A DNA stretch of 63,590 nt, filler included, from Octopus bimaculoides (GCF_001194135.2; 6 parts of 6 records of this genome joined end to end with filler, not necessarily neighbours in it); one strand, 5' to 3'; positions 1 through 13,989 are shown, counted from the first letter of the whole stretch. Translations and numbers: made by a program. The notes: generated from the sequence alone by a model not told the origin.

Positions 1-217
1 ACACCATTTCGAGCGTGGCCGTTTTCGTGCGGGTGACACGTAAAAGCACCCACTACACTCTCTGAGTGGTTGGTGTTAGGAAGGGCATCCAGCTGTAGAA
101 ACTCTGCCAAATCAGACTGGAGCCTGGTGTTGCCATCCGGTTTCACCAGTCCTCAGTCAAATTGTCCAACCCATGCTAGCATGGAAAGCGGACGTTAAAC
201 GATGATGATGATGATGA
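1..217 (+). mobile_element. Family A short retroelement (3' tail of RTE LINE or RTE-tailed SINE) with (GAT)n tail
   Basis: cacgtaaaagcaccc...ggaagggcatccagctgtagaaac...ccatgctagcatggaaagcggacgttaaac(gat)n; the same sequence recurs many times in the window. Confidence 0.8.
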
Positions 218-249
218 TACATACACATACACACACACGCACACACACA

Positions 250-2516
250 TATGGAAAATAAGACTAGGTAGAAAATGCTAAAATAATTTTATCATGAAAT
301 ACATTTTGTAATGGTTAGTACTGCTTTCGGTCTTTTCAACTTTTTTCAACTAAGAGTAAAACAAATGTGGATATTAATTAAGAAGAAAAATAATTAAATC
401 GAAGAAAAAAATTAAATTAAATGTTTTGTAAATATTTCCATAGTCTTCAAATATGTAAGATGTTTTCCCTTTTTTCTGTCTCTCTCTCTCTTTTCCTTTG
501 TGAAGGCTCAGTAGGTAGTAGCAGACGTGAAAAAATAGTGTTTAGGAGTGCAGATAAATATTTGGTTCTGCAGTTTGATGGTTTAAGCAGCAGCAGCTGA
601 GGAAGGAGAAGGCGAAGAAGAAGGAGGGGGAGAAGACAAAGAAGAAGAGAAGAGGAAGAAAAAGATGGGAGTGGTATAACCCAATAGTAGAGGCTGTCCA
701 TGGAATCTGCTTTACTGGTCAAGTGACCTGTTGTAGCAGTAGTAGTAGGAACTGTTCTAAATAAATTCATGGGTAGTGACTGTTCTTAACATATCTATCG
801 TTTTTAATATTTGTGTGAGTATTATTCTAAAATCCTTATAGTAATGTCATCTGGGTGGAAGCATTGAAAAGAGATTTATATTTCGCAATAAAATATGATT
901 CTTTGCTAATGTGCTGATTATAGATTGCAGTCTCCCTAAATTTATAGAGGGGGAAAATTCTAAAGCTGGGTTGTTCATCAGTGGTGCAAATGTTGATATG
1001 TTCATTTAATGCTATTTTTCTGTATTCCCATATTTTCATTTAGGAACTATGTATGGTCATCATCTGGTGTAGACTGTTTTTAGTTTGACCAATGTATTGC
1101 TCTCAACACCCTGTGCAAGTTAACACATATATCAGGTTTTCAGAAGCACATGTAAAGTTGTTTTTCTCTGTAAAATGTTGACCTTGTTTGAAGAACTCCA
1201 ATCCCTTAATTAGGTTGATGCACAGTTAGGTCTTCCGCATATTTTTATTGTTGGTTTCGATCTTGTTGACTGTACTTGGGCTTGGGTTAGAATACTTTTC
1301 ATTGAGTTGTCTTTTGCTCTTTGGAGAATTTGATTCATTCTATGGTCCCTTTTTAGTAAAGGAATATTCTGGAGGATGGCATCGAAGGCCTCATTGTTTA
1401 GTGGGTTGTGTGTGGATATGTTTGGTAGAGCTTTTGGTTGTAATTCATTCTTTAGTTTGGGATGTCTGAGTTCATGGATGTTGAATTGTAGGGCACATTG
1501 AAAACCTATATCAATTAATGATGGTAGGTAATTCTTGCTGATGAGTGTATCCTTTATTTCATGTAGCCATGTGTCCCTTGTGCTTGTATTAGATACTATA
1601 GCGCAATTCCTTTTGCCAAGTTGAAAGGGATATTCATTCTAATGTGTCTGGTGTTGCATGAGTTGAATGGTAAATATTGCTTGGAGTTCTGTTGGATTCT
1701 TTAATGAGGATGTTGAGGAATGGAAATTGCTGATAGCTATATTCCATCGTAAACTGAAAGTTTATGTCAAGTCCATTTAGAAGTGATTGAAATTCTTTAA
1801 GTCTTTCTATACTTTTATGCAAAAGAATGAAGCAGTCATCTAGATATCTGTTCCAGTTATTTTCTATGTAAAGGGAGAATGGGTTTCTGTATTTTTCTAG
1901 TACTTGCGATAAAGAGTGATTTCTATGATCTTAAAATAATACCCACGCAAATATTAAAAATGATAGATAGATTAAGAACAGTCACTACCCATGAATTTAT
2001 TTCGAACAGTTCCTACCACTACTGCTACAACCACAACAGGTCACTTTTAGGTCATTTGACCACTAAAGCAGATTCCATGGACAGACTCTACTACTAGGTC
2101 ATACCACTCCCATCTTTTTCTTTCGTCTTCATCTTCTTCCCCTTCTCTATTTTTTTTTTTCCTTCTTCTTCCTTGGCTGCTGCTTCTTAAACCATTGAAC
2201 TTCTGAATCAAATATTTATTTGCACCCATAAACACTATATTTTCAGATTTGCTACTACCTACTGAGCCTTCACAAAGGAAAAGAGAGAGACAGAAAAAAG
2301 GGAAAATGTCCTACCTATTTGAAGACTATGGAAATATTTACAATACAATTCATTTAATTTTTTCTTCAATTTAATTGTTTTTCTTCTTAATTAATATCCA
2401 CTTTTGTTTTACTCTTAGGTAAAAAAAAAAAAGTCAAAAAGACTGAAAGCAGTACTAACCATTACAAAATGTATTTCATGATAAAATTATTTTAGCATTT
2501 TCTACCTTTTCCATAT
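250..2516 (-). mobile_element. 5'-truncated, decayed Penelope-like element with inverted pseudo-LTR arms (about 250-840 and 1923-2516)
   Basis: Minus strand reads WNRYLDDCF (RT YxDD, 1846-1835), FQFTMEY..QFPFLNILI, and FTCASENLIYVLTCTGC*EQYIGQT (GIY-YIG-like, about 1083-1165). The two flanks are reverse complements over about 590 bp. Confidence 0.8.
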
Positions 2517-2529
2517 ATATATATATATA

Positions 2530-2720
2530 TATCAACTCGTGTGTTACTTTTCAACCTTCTACATAGATCACTAGCCACTACACATTCTTTATTTTCTCTC
2601 CCTGTTTCTTTCTGTGTTCCTTTCTGTGGAAGAGCATAGGCTCGAAATGTTAAAGACTTTTTCACTTCCCAAGCATTAAACTAATACATCTGTTTGTTGT
2701 CTACACCACCTGTCTTCGTC
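2530..2720 (+). mobile_element. Penelope pLTR-like fragment with degenerate minimal hammerhead motif
   Basis: ttt-CTGTGGA-A-GAGC-atag-GCTC-GAAA-TGTT-aaa at 2621-2654; related copies near 20580, 41490 (minus) and 56790. Confidence 0.45.
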
Positions 2721-2733
2721 TTTTGTTTTTTTA

Positions 2734-2814
<81 letters not shown>

Positions 2815-3301
2815 TGCACATGTATATATATATGAGATTAGAGGACAAGAGAAGGAGAGAGTTGTTAAATGTAAGCATATTTTAAGTTCAGTTTATAAAT
2901 AGAATTTTGATTCCTGACTGTAGTTTCTCGTCTTAGAAAAATGTGATTGAGAAAATTCACATTCTATTTGATAATTTATTAATATACTAAATGGAATTGT
3001 TTATCAAATAAAATATGTATTTTATTTGCCTCTAACATTCTTTTGTTTTGTTACATGCATGTTTGTTTCTAAAATTTCCAAGCCTTTTTGTCTTTGAAAA
3101 TGGAAATGGCCTTTGTTATGCTGCCTATATGTTAGTGCATATCTTTTTTCAAGATGTAAATCTATTCCTTTATTATTGTGCTTTCCTTTCTGAAGCTTAA
3201 ACTTTTTTAATATGCATGATGGCTTTATCTCTTGTTTATTTGTTTATTTTCAACATTTTCAAACAATATCCATTAACGCATGATTTCTTTATTTGTTTGC
3301 T

Positions 3302-3302
<1 letters not shown>

Positions 3303-3362
<60 letters not shown>
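3303..3362. repeat. (TTA)n microsatellite
   Basis: Direct inspection. Confidence 0.95.
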
Positions 3363-3365
<3 letters not shown>

Positions 3366-5250
3366 AGTTGGTAGAATCATTACCATACCAGATAAAATGT
3401 TTTTCTTCTTGCTCTTTACATTCTGAGCTCAAATTCTGCTAAAGTCAACTTCGTGTTTCCATCCTTTCAGAGTTAATAAAGTAAACACCATTTGAGCACT
3501 GTGCTTGATAGAATCTACTAGCCTCTCCTCCAAAATTTCAGGCCTTGTGTCTGTACTAGAATGTGTTATTATTATTGTTGTTGTTATAATATTTCCATTG
3601 TTTATCAGACAATTAATGATGATTGTCAAAGATGACTATAAGCTAAAAGTTGGTAATTTGTTCTGTGGGATATCCCTTATCAAAATATTCAACGAATTTA
3701 ATGACATCCACTTTGCTGTAAATAGGTACTACATGAGGATACAGTTCACTAGTACTCTATAGATAATGAGGTTTCTGCAGGGAATTATTCTATGTGCCTA
3801 AAACATGATAAAAAGTTTTCATTTTGCAAGATTGGTTATAAAGTAGTTTCAGGTTTGGTCCCACTGTGTTGTTCCTTGGATAACTGTTTTTTACTGTAGC
3901 CTCGCCTCAGATTGACCAATACTTTGTGAGTGAAATTTAGTGGCCATAAACCAAAAGGAAGCCCATTCTAAATATATGTATATATACACATGCATGTGTG
4001 TTTGTTCCCACATGTCTTTACATTAATGCTGTTTAAGTAGTAGTGACTTTTCTTTGTGTCCCACTTCATGTCCCTCAGCATGGCAGTTCAACATATGAAG
4101 ACAAGCAGAATAAAGTATCTTACTTAAGAAAAGTAAGGGGAAAGGTATCTGACCATAGAAGACTATGCCAACTTGGGAGAAGCAGACATAAAAACTATGC
4201 TGATGAAGGGAGATGGACAAAGTAATGGTGGCAGAGATACTGGTGGAAGTTGGCACAGCAACGCCTAACAAATTTTTCTATTACCTTTGCATATTAGTTT
4301 TCAGCCGTTCAAGTATATTACTTGACATTTCATCTCTGTGTGATCAAGCCTGTTAATTTATGGACCTGACCAATGGAATTCAGCCTGTCTTCTGACCATG
4401 TCTACAAGAAGTTAACTCATCACTTGAAACTTAAAAAATACTTCTAATTTTGTCAGTTGCATTGTTGTTTAAATGTAGTGGCTTCCCAATATTTGTTTTC
4501 CAGTCAGGTGGGCTTGGTCATTTGGGAGTAAAATCTCTTGGTTAAAGAGACATCACAGTGCTGATGAAAGAGTATATACCACTACCACTTTTGTTAGTTG
4601 CCTGGTGCCCTATCAACCACATACAAATATGCAATAATAAACTACCTATGAGATAAGATTGTTGAGCTACAAAAGACAAATCTTTCACTGTAATTGAAAG
4701 AAAAGTGGTAAAATATTTCTCAAATGGAAGCTAATTGCTTTTTTGTTGATTAAATGCTTGATGAAAATATGTAAATAGATAACCAAAACAAAACGCAAGA
4801 TTCTTACCTAAAAGTACCTTAGATATCAGTGAAATTTTCCCCCTTCTTTATGGTGCTGGAGTAAAATGATCTCCTGTGTAATTGTCATCAAATAAAATGT
4901 AAATTTTGAGATTGTAATAGCTTTACTCTTTCGTAATGAAAGAAACCATGTGTTAATTTTATTGCATGGGACATGCTATGGCCAAAAATAACAATGAGTT
5001 AATAACAAGGAATTAATATATTCTCAAGTATGAAGAGTGAGAATAGTGTGTAATAAACTTAGTCTGGATCAATATTGATGTTAAAGATTAGTAATTGTAT
5101 AAAGAATATATTTGACTTCACTTAGTTTCTCTGTCATTCATATTCTGAGAAGATATTTTTTTTCTTAGTATCAGTCAGAATTAACACCAATATCAGATCA
5201 TTGACACAATTTCATTTTTATTACTTTAAATTGTTTTCTTATATTTACAG

Positions 5251-5295
5251 TTGATACTTTTGATACATTGGAAAGCTTGGAAGATCTAAAGTCGA
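5251..5295 (+). CDS. Candidate 45-nt penultimate exon of an unidentified plus-strand gene (xDTFDTLESLEDLKS)
   Basis: ttttcttatatttacag acceptor, open frame, GTAAAT donor; phase compatible with the 5404 exon. Confidence 0.35.
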
Positions 5296-5403
5296 GTAAA
5301 TATTCAGTTCTTTTTATTACTCTTTTCCAGTACTGTATTTACTTTAAAATATTTTATTATACTTTGAAGTTCTTCATGTTAACTTTGCATTTTATTCCTC
5401 CAG

Positions 5404-5438
5404 AGTTTGATTCTGTCATTGCTATAAATACAGCGTGA
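5404..5438 (+). CDS. Candidate terminal exon of an unidentified plus-strand gene ((K)FDSVIAINTA*)
   Basis: gcattttattcctccag acceptor, in frame with the 5251 exon, TGA followed immediately by AATAAA (5439-5444). Confidence 0.35.
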
Positions 5439-5799
5439 AATAAAGCCAGTTGCTAAAAGCTGTAAAAATATTACTTTTGATCATTTAACATAATGCAATG
5501 TGTTCTGATGTTCCATAGTGGTTAAGCATCCAATTGCATTTGGAACATCCATTGCTGTAGTCCCAGACAAACATAATGGTGAAACAAACATAGGTAACAA
5601 ATGATATAATCTGGCTTTTATCATAATTTCTCCTACATATTCTCTATATTATAACCTGTAATACTAGTACATATAATTGTAACCCAAGCACTATTTCGGA
5701 AGCAGAGTAGATGATGATAATCTGTGTGAAACTTTAAACTCAGTAATAGCAGTCATACATCTTTCTGTACACACAAGATATACTAAATATATGTATATA

Positions 5800-5904
<105 letters not shown>

Positions 5905-6235
5905 GTGGTCTCCCTGCTTTCACTCCAGTCTGTACTGTATTCAGTTGTATTCATAAGGCATTTGCCATAATACCCATATGTCAGATTATAGTTAAAGGCT
6001 GCTAGCAACCACTCCTCATGAGAAAAAGGTCTAAATTTCAACATGTTGCTGCTCTGATGTCTACTGTTCTCTGGAGCAGGCATTTCTAAATCTATTACTT
6101 AGAAGTTGTTCTGTTAACACCTGTCCTCTTAAGCAAGCTTTTCTATCAGCTTGAGACTCCAAACTCCATCATTTCTGCCCTGGTGTCTCATGTTTCTTCA
6201 AGCGGGCTTGTCTATCAGCTTGAGATATATATCAT

Positions 6236-6520
6236 CATCATCACCAGTCTTCCATGCTGGCATGGGTTGGACTATTTGACTGGAGCCGGCCAGGTAGAAG
6301 ACTACACCAGGTTACTGTGTCTGTTTTGGCATGGTTTTTACAGCTGGAGCCCTTCCTAACACCAACCACCCTGTAGAGTGGACTGAGTGCTTTATATGTG
6401 GCACCAGCACAGGCGAAGTCAGTTTTATATGGTCTTTACAGTTGGATGCTCTTCCCAATGCTAACCACTTCACAGTGTGGACTAGATGCTTTTTACATGG
6501 CACCAGCATCAGCAGGGTCA
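6236..6520 (-). mobile_element. Family A retroelement copy
   Basis: Reverse complement of the 1-217 family: catcatcat...ccatgctggcatgggttgg...cccttcctaacaccaaccac. Confidence 0.75.
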
Positions 6521-7329
6521 CCTAGTAACTTGCAAAATAAGGAACTTTGGGCATTGGAGGAGGTGATCTTATGTCAGATGATAAAAGATTAGAGTATGAC
6601 AGAGAGGCAGAAACATGTCTTGTTATAAAGGAAGTACATCGTTACCTTGCCAGAGAGAAAGAGAAGGAGAGGGAGAGATTGAGGGAAAGAGAGAGAAGTA
6701 ACAAGAAAGAGAACAGAAACAGGTGTGCTGCTGTAAAGGAGATATTTGGTTACCTAGCCAGAGGGAAGAGCAAAAGTAGGAGAGAGAGAGAGTGATCAAG
6801 AATGAGGGCAGAAACAGGTGTGCTGCTGTAGAGGAGATACGTAGTCACCCTAGCCAGAGGGAAGAGCAAGGGAAAGAGAGAAAGAGTGTGGGAGACAACA
6901 AGAGTGCAAAAGAGAGCAGGAGAGAGAGGATGGTGAAGTTCCAGGGTATACCCAGAAGGAATGAGGTTCAGAGCATAGATGGAATGATAGAGTAAGGAAA
7001 AAAGAGATAAATGGTGGCAATTGCCAGAGCATGCCCTCATGGTACAGGGTCATAATATATGTGGCCAGATATTGCCAAGAAGGTGCAAGTAGGGAATGGG
7101 GGTGGGGATTGCAGTGACTGGTGAGAACCTGGGCATAATGATGGGGATGGAGGAATCAGCAATACAGTGAGCAGGAGAGGATGGAGAGTGAGAAATAATC
7201 ATAGTGTATGAAGAGAAAATGTGAGGAAGAGAAAAAGATGTAGTTTGGATTCTAAGGGTAGGGTTTGTGAAAACTTTATTGTTACATGTGAGTATGACAG
7301 CACTTCTAACACTCAGGTTCGCCAATGTG

Positions 7330-7600
7330 GGTGGGTCTTCTCTAGAACCTTATAGCGCCAGACATCTCAGTCCATTGTCATTTCCTCCATGAGCCCTAAC
7401 ATCCCGAGATCAGTCCTCACCACTTCATCCCTTGTTTTCCTGTGTCTCCCTCTCCTACAAGTACTGTCTATTTTCAGCTTCTGGCACTTCTTTATACAGT
7501 TGTCTTTATTCATGCACATCACATGTCCAAACGAATGTAGTCTACTCTTCCGCATACCACATTTAATTCCTCTTATGCCCATATTTTCTCTCTATACAGT
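7330..7600 (-). mobile_element. RTE LINE C-terminal relic
   Basis: MGIRGIKCGMRKSRLHSFGHVMCM...CRRGRHRKTRDEVVRTDL resembles the RTE RT C-terminus at 34184-34507. Confidence 0.7.
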
Positions 7601-7909
7601 TGTGAATTTTCACTCTGTGCTTGTTTACTAAGTTCTCATTACTCAGCAGGAGAATGCATCCTGCTGAGTAATGAGAACTTGGTAAACAAGCATGCTGAGA
7701 AAATGTCAAGATGTCCCCACTGTGCCAAATATGCATTTTCAAGATTAAGCACTGTGAAATAATTATTATTTCAGGGAGTTTCCCCCTCCCCTTTTTTCCA
7801 CCCTACCTAAGTGTCCATTCATGGCGGTATATGTATATTTTTTTCTCTATATATATAAGTATGTTTGTCTGGCTGTATCCCTCTCTCTCTTTCTTTCTAT
7901 CTCTCTCTC

Positions 7910-7949
<40 letters not shown>

Positions 7950-8109
7950 TACAAATGTAATCTCTAGACCCAGCACTGTCAAATATTAGTATTGCGAATA
8001 ATAACTAATAATGATTCTGTAAATTCCCAGTCAGATTGTGCTTGTCTCCTTATTTATATGCATGGTTGTCAACCCACATGTGTACAGTTCATGAAAGTAT
8101 CTACTTTCT

Positions 8110-10076
<1,967 letters not shown>

Positions 10077-10205
10077 TATATATTGTATTTATGCATGTGT
10101 GCATATGGGTACATACTCATATCTGCACGAGTGTATTTGTAGGTATATATTCATATGTGTACATGTGTGTATTTGTATCTACACGCAAGTGCATGTGTAT
10201 GTGTG

Positions 10206-10242
<37 letters not shown>

Positions 10243-10342
10243 NNNNNNNNNNNNNNNNNNNNNNNNNNNNNNNNNNNNNNNNNNNNTTAATTAATTAANN
10301 NNNNNNNNNNNNNNNNNNNNNNNNNNNNNNNNNNNNNNNNNN
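10243..10342. other. Artificial scaffold join: 44 N + TTAATTAATTAA + 44 N
   Basis: Identical 100-bp construct at five places; the linker has stops in all six frames. Confidence 0.95.
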
Positions 10343-10732
10343 TATATGTATATATATATACACACACACGTGCATATATATATAGATAGATATAGATATA
10401 CATCCATATAGATTTACTTTTGTTTGTGTGCTTTGTAACAATTTTTCTGTTTTTGTTGTTTATATTTTTCAATTTTTCTTCATCTACATATGTATGTGTG
10501 TATATATATATATATGAATGCATATACATGTATGTATATATATGCATATGCATGTGCGTACAAACACACCCACACATGCAGATACATATATATGTATATT
10601 TATATATATATATGTGTGTGTGTTATTTCTATGTATGTATGTTATTTTTTATCTGTTTTTTTTTGTTTGAATGTTTTATTATTTTGTTTGTTTGTTTTAA
10701 TTTTGCTTGTTTTTGGTTTTGTTTTTTTTCAT

Positions 10733-10849
10733 TCACACCTGCTCAGCTTTTCCTCCGCTCCCTCCATTTATGCGGGTGTTTGTCTTCTTGGATTTACCTG
10801 TTTTTTTCCGTCTCTTCTCAGGTACGGGAGTCAACAAGTATTTGAAGCG
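10733..10849 (-). CDS. DAT: DAT alternative terminal exon B: RFKYLLTPVPEKRRKKTGKSKKTNTRINGGSGGKAEQV*
   Basis: Acceptor ccttcattttcctcatttttgtag, phase 0 matching the 15308 exon, paralogous to exon A, TGA at 10735-10733, AATAAA on the minus strand at 10680-10675. Confidence 0.75.
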   Translation of the reverse strand, partial: RFKYLLTPVPEKRRKKTGKSKKTNTRINGGSGGKAEQV

Positions 10850-10873
10850 CTACAAAAATGAGGAAAATGAAGG

Positions 10874-10957
10874 TTATATGCGGCTGTTTGTAATCTTCGA
10901 TTTACCAGTCTTCTTTCTTCGTTTCCATGGCACCGGGGTGGTTAGATACGTCAGACG
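10874..10957 (-). CDS. DAT: DAT alternative terminal exon A: RLTYLTTPVPWKRRKKTGKSKITNSRI*
   Basis: Acceptor ctccttctctcctttctag, phase 0. RL..LTTP matches the post-TM12 segment of invertebrate DATs (Drosophila ..RFTILTTPW..). TAA at 10876-10874. Confidence 0.8.
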   Translation of the reverse strand, partial: RLTYLTTPVPWKRRKKTGKSKITNSRI

Positions 10958-10959
10958 CT

Positions 10960-11528
10960 AGAAAGGAGAGAAGGAGGAGAAGGGAGAGAGAGAGAGAGAG
11001 AGAGCGCGGGACGGAGAGGGAGGGAAAGAGGAAAAAAAAAAAGAAGACAACAAAAATGATGGTTACAATAGGGTTCGTAATATTGGAATTTTGTGGAAGA
11101 AGGAGGCAAAGGAGAAGGAGGAGAAGGAAGAGAAGATGATGATGATGATGATGAAGTATAGGAAGATAATGATGACGACGGCGACAACAACAACGACGAC
11201 GAAGAAGAAGAAGAATCGGAAAAAGAAGAAGAAGAAGCAGACGCGGAAAAAGAAGAAGAAGTGGAAGAAGAAGCGGAAGAAGAAGAAGAAGAAGAAGAAG
11301 AAGAAGCAGAAGTGGAAAAAGAAGAAGAAGAAGTGGAAGAAGAAGCGGAAGAAGAAGAAGAAGAAGAAGAAGAAGCAGAAGAAGAAGAAGTAGAAGAGGA
11401 AGAAGAAGAAGAAGAAGAAGAAGAAGAAGAGGAAGAGGAAGAAGAAGAAAAAGAAGAAGAAGAAGATGAAGAAGAAGATGAAGAAGAAAAGATGTTGATG
11501 ACAATGAACAAGAATGTTAGAGAAATAT
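10960..11528 (-). promoter_or_regulatory. 569-nt AG-free, pyrimidine-rich (TTC)n intron tract with a candidate distant branch point CTAAC (11520-11516)
   Basis: No CT dinucleotide on the + strand between 10960 and 11528; interrupted (GAA)n at about 11090-11500. Confidence 0.45.
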
Positions 11529-12118
11529 CTAGAATCTATTAAGTTATATTGTACAAAGCAGTAGTTACAAACTCCCCTAAACATAATATTATATAACATA
11601 AACTGTTATTAAAAATATATATATATATAAAAGACCAGCAAATTGTTTCGACTTAATACAAAGACATTTGAAGGGTCATAATACAAAGACATTTGAATTA
11701 ATTTTTACAATCCAGCCGTCCTTTCATACGGAATTTCATCTATCTTTAAACTATGACCCTGAGATGACTTATATATAAGGGAACTCTTATTATGTATATA
11801 TATCAGAAAATGTATATTAAGACAAAACAATTTGTTGGCCTAGTATGATTTTTTAAATAATTGTTGATGTTATATATTATGTTATATTATATTCATAGTG
11901 TATTATGTAATATTTGTAATATAAATAAATTATTGGATTGTCAATAGTATCTCTTAATTTAATTTATCTTTGTAATTGCATTATACCCATATTTATATGA
12001 TATTCAACTGACGTACCAGTGAATTGGATGTTTAACACGCCCCTTTGAAGGTTCTCTTTTCCTCAGTTTGTTACTTTATCTATATATATGCATATGTATG
12101 TCTATCTATCTATCTACA

Positions 12119-12149
<31 letters not shown>

Positions 12150-12153
<4 letters not shown>

Positions 12154-12310
12154 TCGTTTAACGTCCGCCCTCCATGCTAGCATGGGTTGGACGATTTGAC
12201 TAAGGACTGGTGTACCAGATGGCTACACCAGGCTCCAATCTGATTTGGCAGAGTTTCTACAGCTGGATGCCCTTCCTAACGCCAACCCCTCCGAGAATGT
12301 AGTGGGCGCT
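12150..12310 (-). mobile_element. Family A retroelement copy
   Basis: atcatcgtttaacgtccgccctccatgctagcatgggttgg...cccttcctaacgccaac. Confidence 0.8.
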
Positions 12311-13405
12311 AGTCTAGTTTTATATTTTTCAATGTTTCTTTTTTTCTCTCAATTTTTTTGAATGTGTTTCTTGCTGTTTGAAATAACACAATTCCTATTT
12401 CTCTCATCAAAGTTTCTAGACCTTCACAGTCTCGTTTTCATCTTCACTGATGAGATATTATTACCAGCATGTTTTGTTGTCACTTCACAATAGGCAAAGC
12501 CAATGTGATTGATTCAGACATAAACACTAGGATTTTAGGAGATGAGGAATTATTTACATTTTTTTTACATTTCATTATATTACATTTATATTATAAAGAA
12601 CCTCCAAAAACTAGACACTAACATCTAAACATTGTTCACTCTTAATTAGGTCACCTATGAAGAAAGCCAAACGATACCAAAATAAGCAACACCCATAAAA
12701 TGTGAATCTAAAAACACTTTCCACTTTAAAAAGAATGAAGGGCAACTCAGAATAATGGGACTAAGAAACAAGAAATTCGATGCTGAGTACAAAAGTGTAC
12801 TCCCATCATCAGCTGCCAAACGGATATCACAATGGTTTTGACACCTAGGCAGTACCATTCAATCTGGCAGTGTTGACAGCATTAAAATTATAATTGCTGC
12901 CTGGGAATCCACCAGCTTATTATTACAATGAAGGATGTGAAAGAAAACAAATAGTAATAATTTACAGCAACAAATCGTATGTATGTATGAATTATAGATG
13001 CATGTCATGTATATCGTATAGACGGTATCATAGTGAGAGAGAGAGAGAGAGAGAAAGAGAAAGAATGAAAGAACAAAATGCAAAAATATGAATTGATAAT
13101 GAAGAAAGGGAGGCAGCAGGGAGGTGGGTGGGTGTGCAAATCTTGTATTGCTGAGAAACGGCGTTCCGGAAGATGCAATTGCGTGCTCGTGTGCACATCT
13201 CGTCATGTGTAGCTGAAGCCAAACGGTGGATTACACACATGGAAAACAACAGCAATAACAACAACAGGCATTACAAATAAATGAATAAATAAACAAATAA
13301 ATGAATAAATAAATAAATAAATAATTAAATAAATAAATGACTGACATAAGCAAAATGATTAAATAAAACAATATGTATATGTATGTATATATTTATGTAT
13401 ATATA

Positions 13406-13485
<80 letters not shown>

Positions 13486-13812
13486 TATATATATATATGT
13501 ATGTATGTGTGCATGATGTATGTATTTTTATTTTTGTGTGTGCATATGTACATATATGTGTGTGTGTGTGTGTGTGTGCCATATTTGATGTCATATAGGA
13601 CATACTGGTTTTTCTCCACCAAAATGTCTCAAAAATATCACCCTGGGTTCTATATGCAATGTTGGGCCAATGTTACATGGTTTTATGCATTCAAAGTATT
13701 TTTCTCTGAATGTATGCTGCTGAAATTGGGACATGTCTGATGCGCCCATGCATTTTTCAAGCCATCAAATATACTATGTATGTATGTATCTATGTATGTA
13801 TGTATGTATGTA

Positions 13813-13985
13813 CAGGGGTTGGACAAAATAATGGAAACACCTAGCATCATAGCATCATAATTTTCAACTATCTATAAAACTGTCAAAAGCTTGTTTATTT
13901 TTATGTTTTTTGTATTTATTATTAGTGTTGCTTAATATGTTTTGCTAAAATTGCTGTTTCTTTTCAGATATCATCGAAACACTTC
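13813..13985. mobile_element. Solo Tc1-like terminal fragment
   Basis: TA|caggggttggacaaaataatggaaacacc is a typical Tc1 TIR start; no partner end seen. Confidence 0.45.
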
Positions 13986-13989
13986 ATTT

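Noticed and set aside
6641-6660. TCT GGC AAG|gtaac, resembling the end of the missing SGK exon
   Set aside because: It lies downstream of the DAT 3' end, in another block, within a purine-rich repeat relic with no upstream WKG motif.
10902-11599. Long poly-Ser/Leu/Phe/Glu/Lys ORFs
   Set aside because: Translations of the (GAA)n tract in a DAT intron; no coding signal.
12447-12453. CTGATGA hammerhead core
   Set aside because: No stem II or GAAA follows.
13140-13230. Alternative candidate for the DAT last exon (..GTPFLSNTR..)
   Set aside because: Poor similarity to SLC6 C-termini; the 10957 and 10849 exons fit far better.
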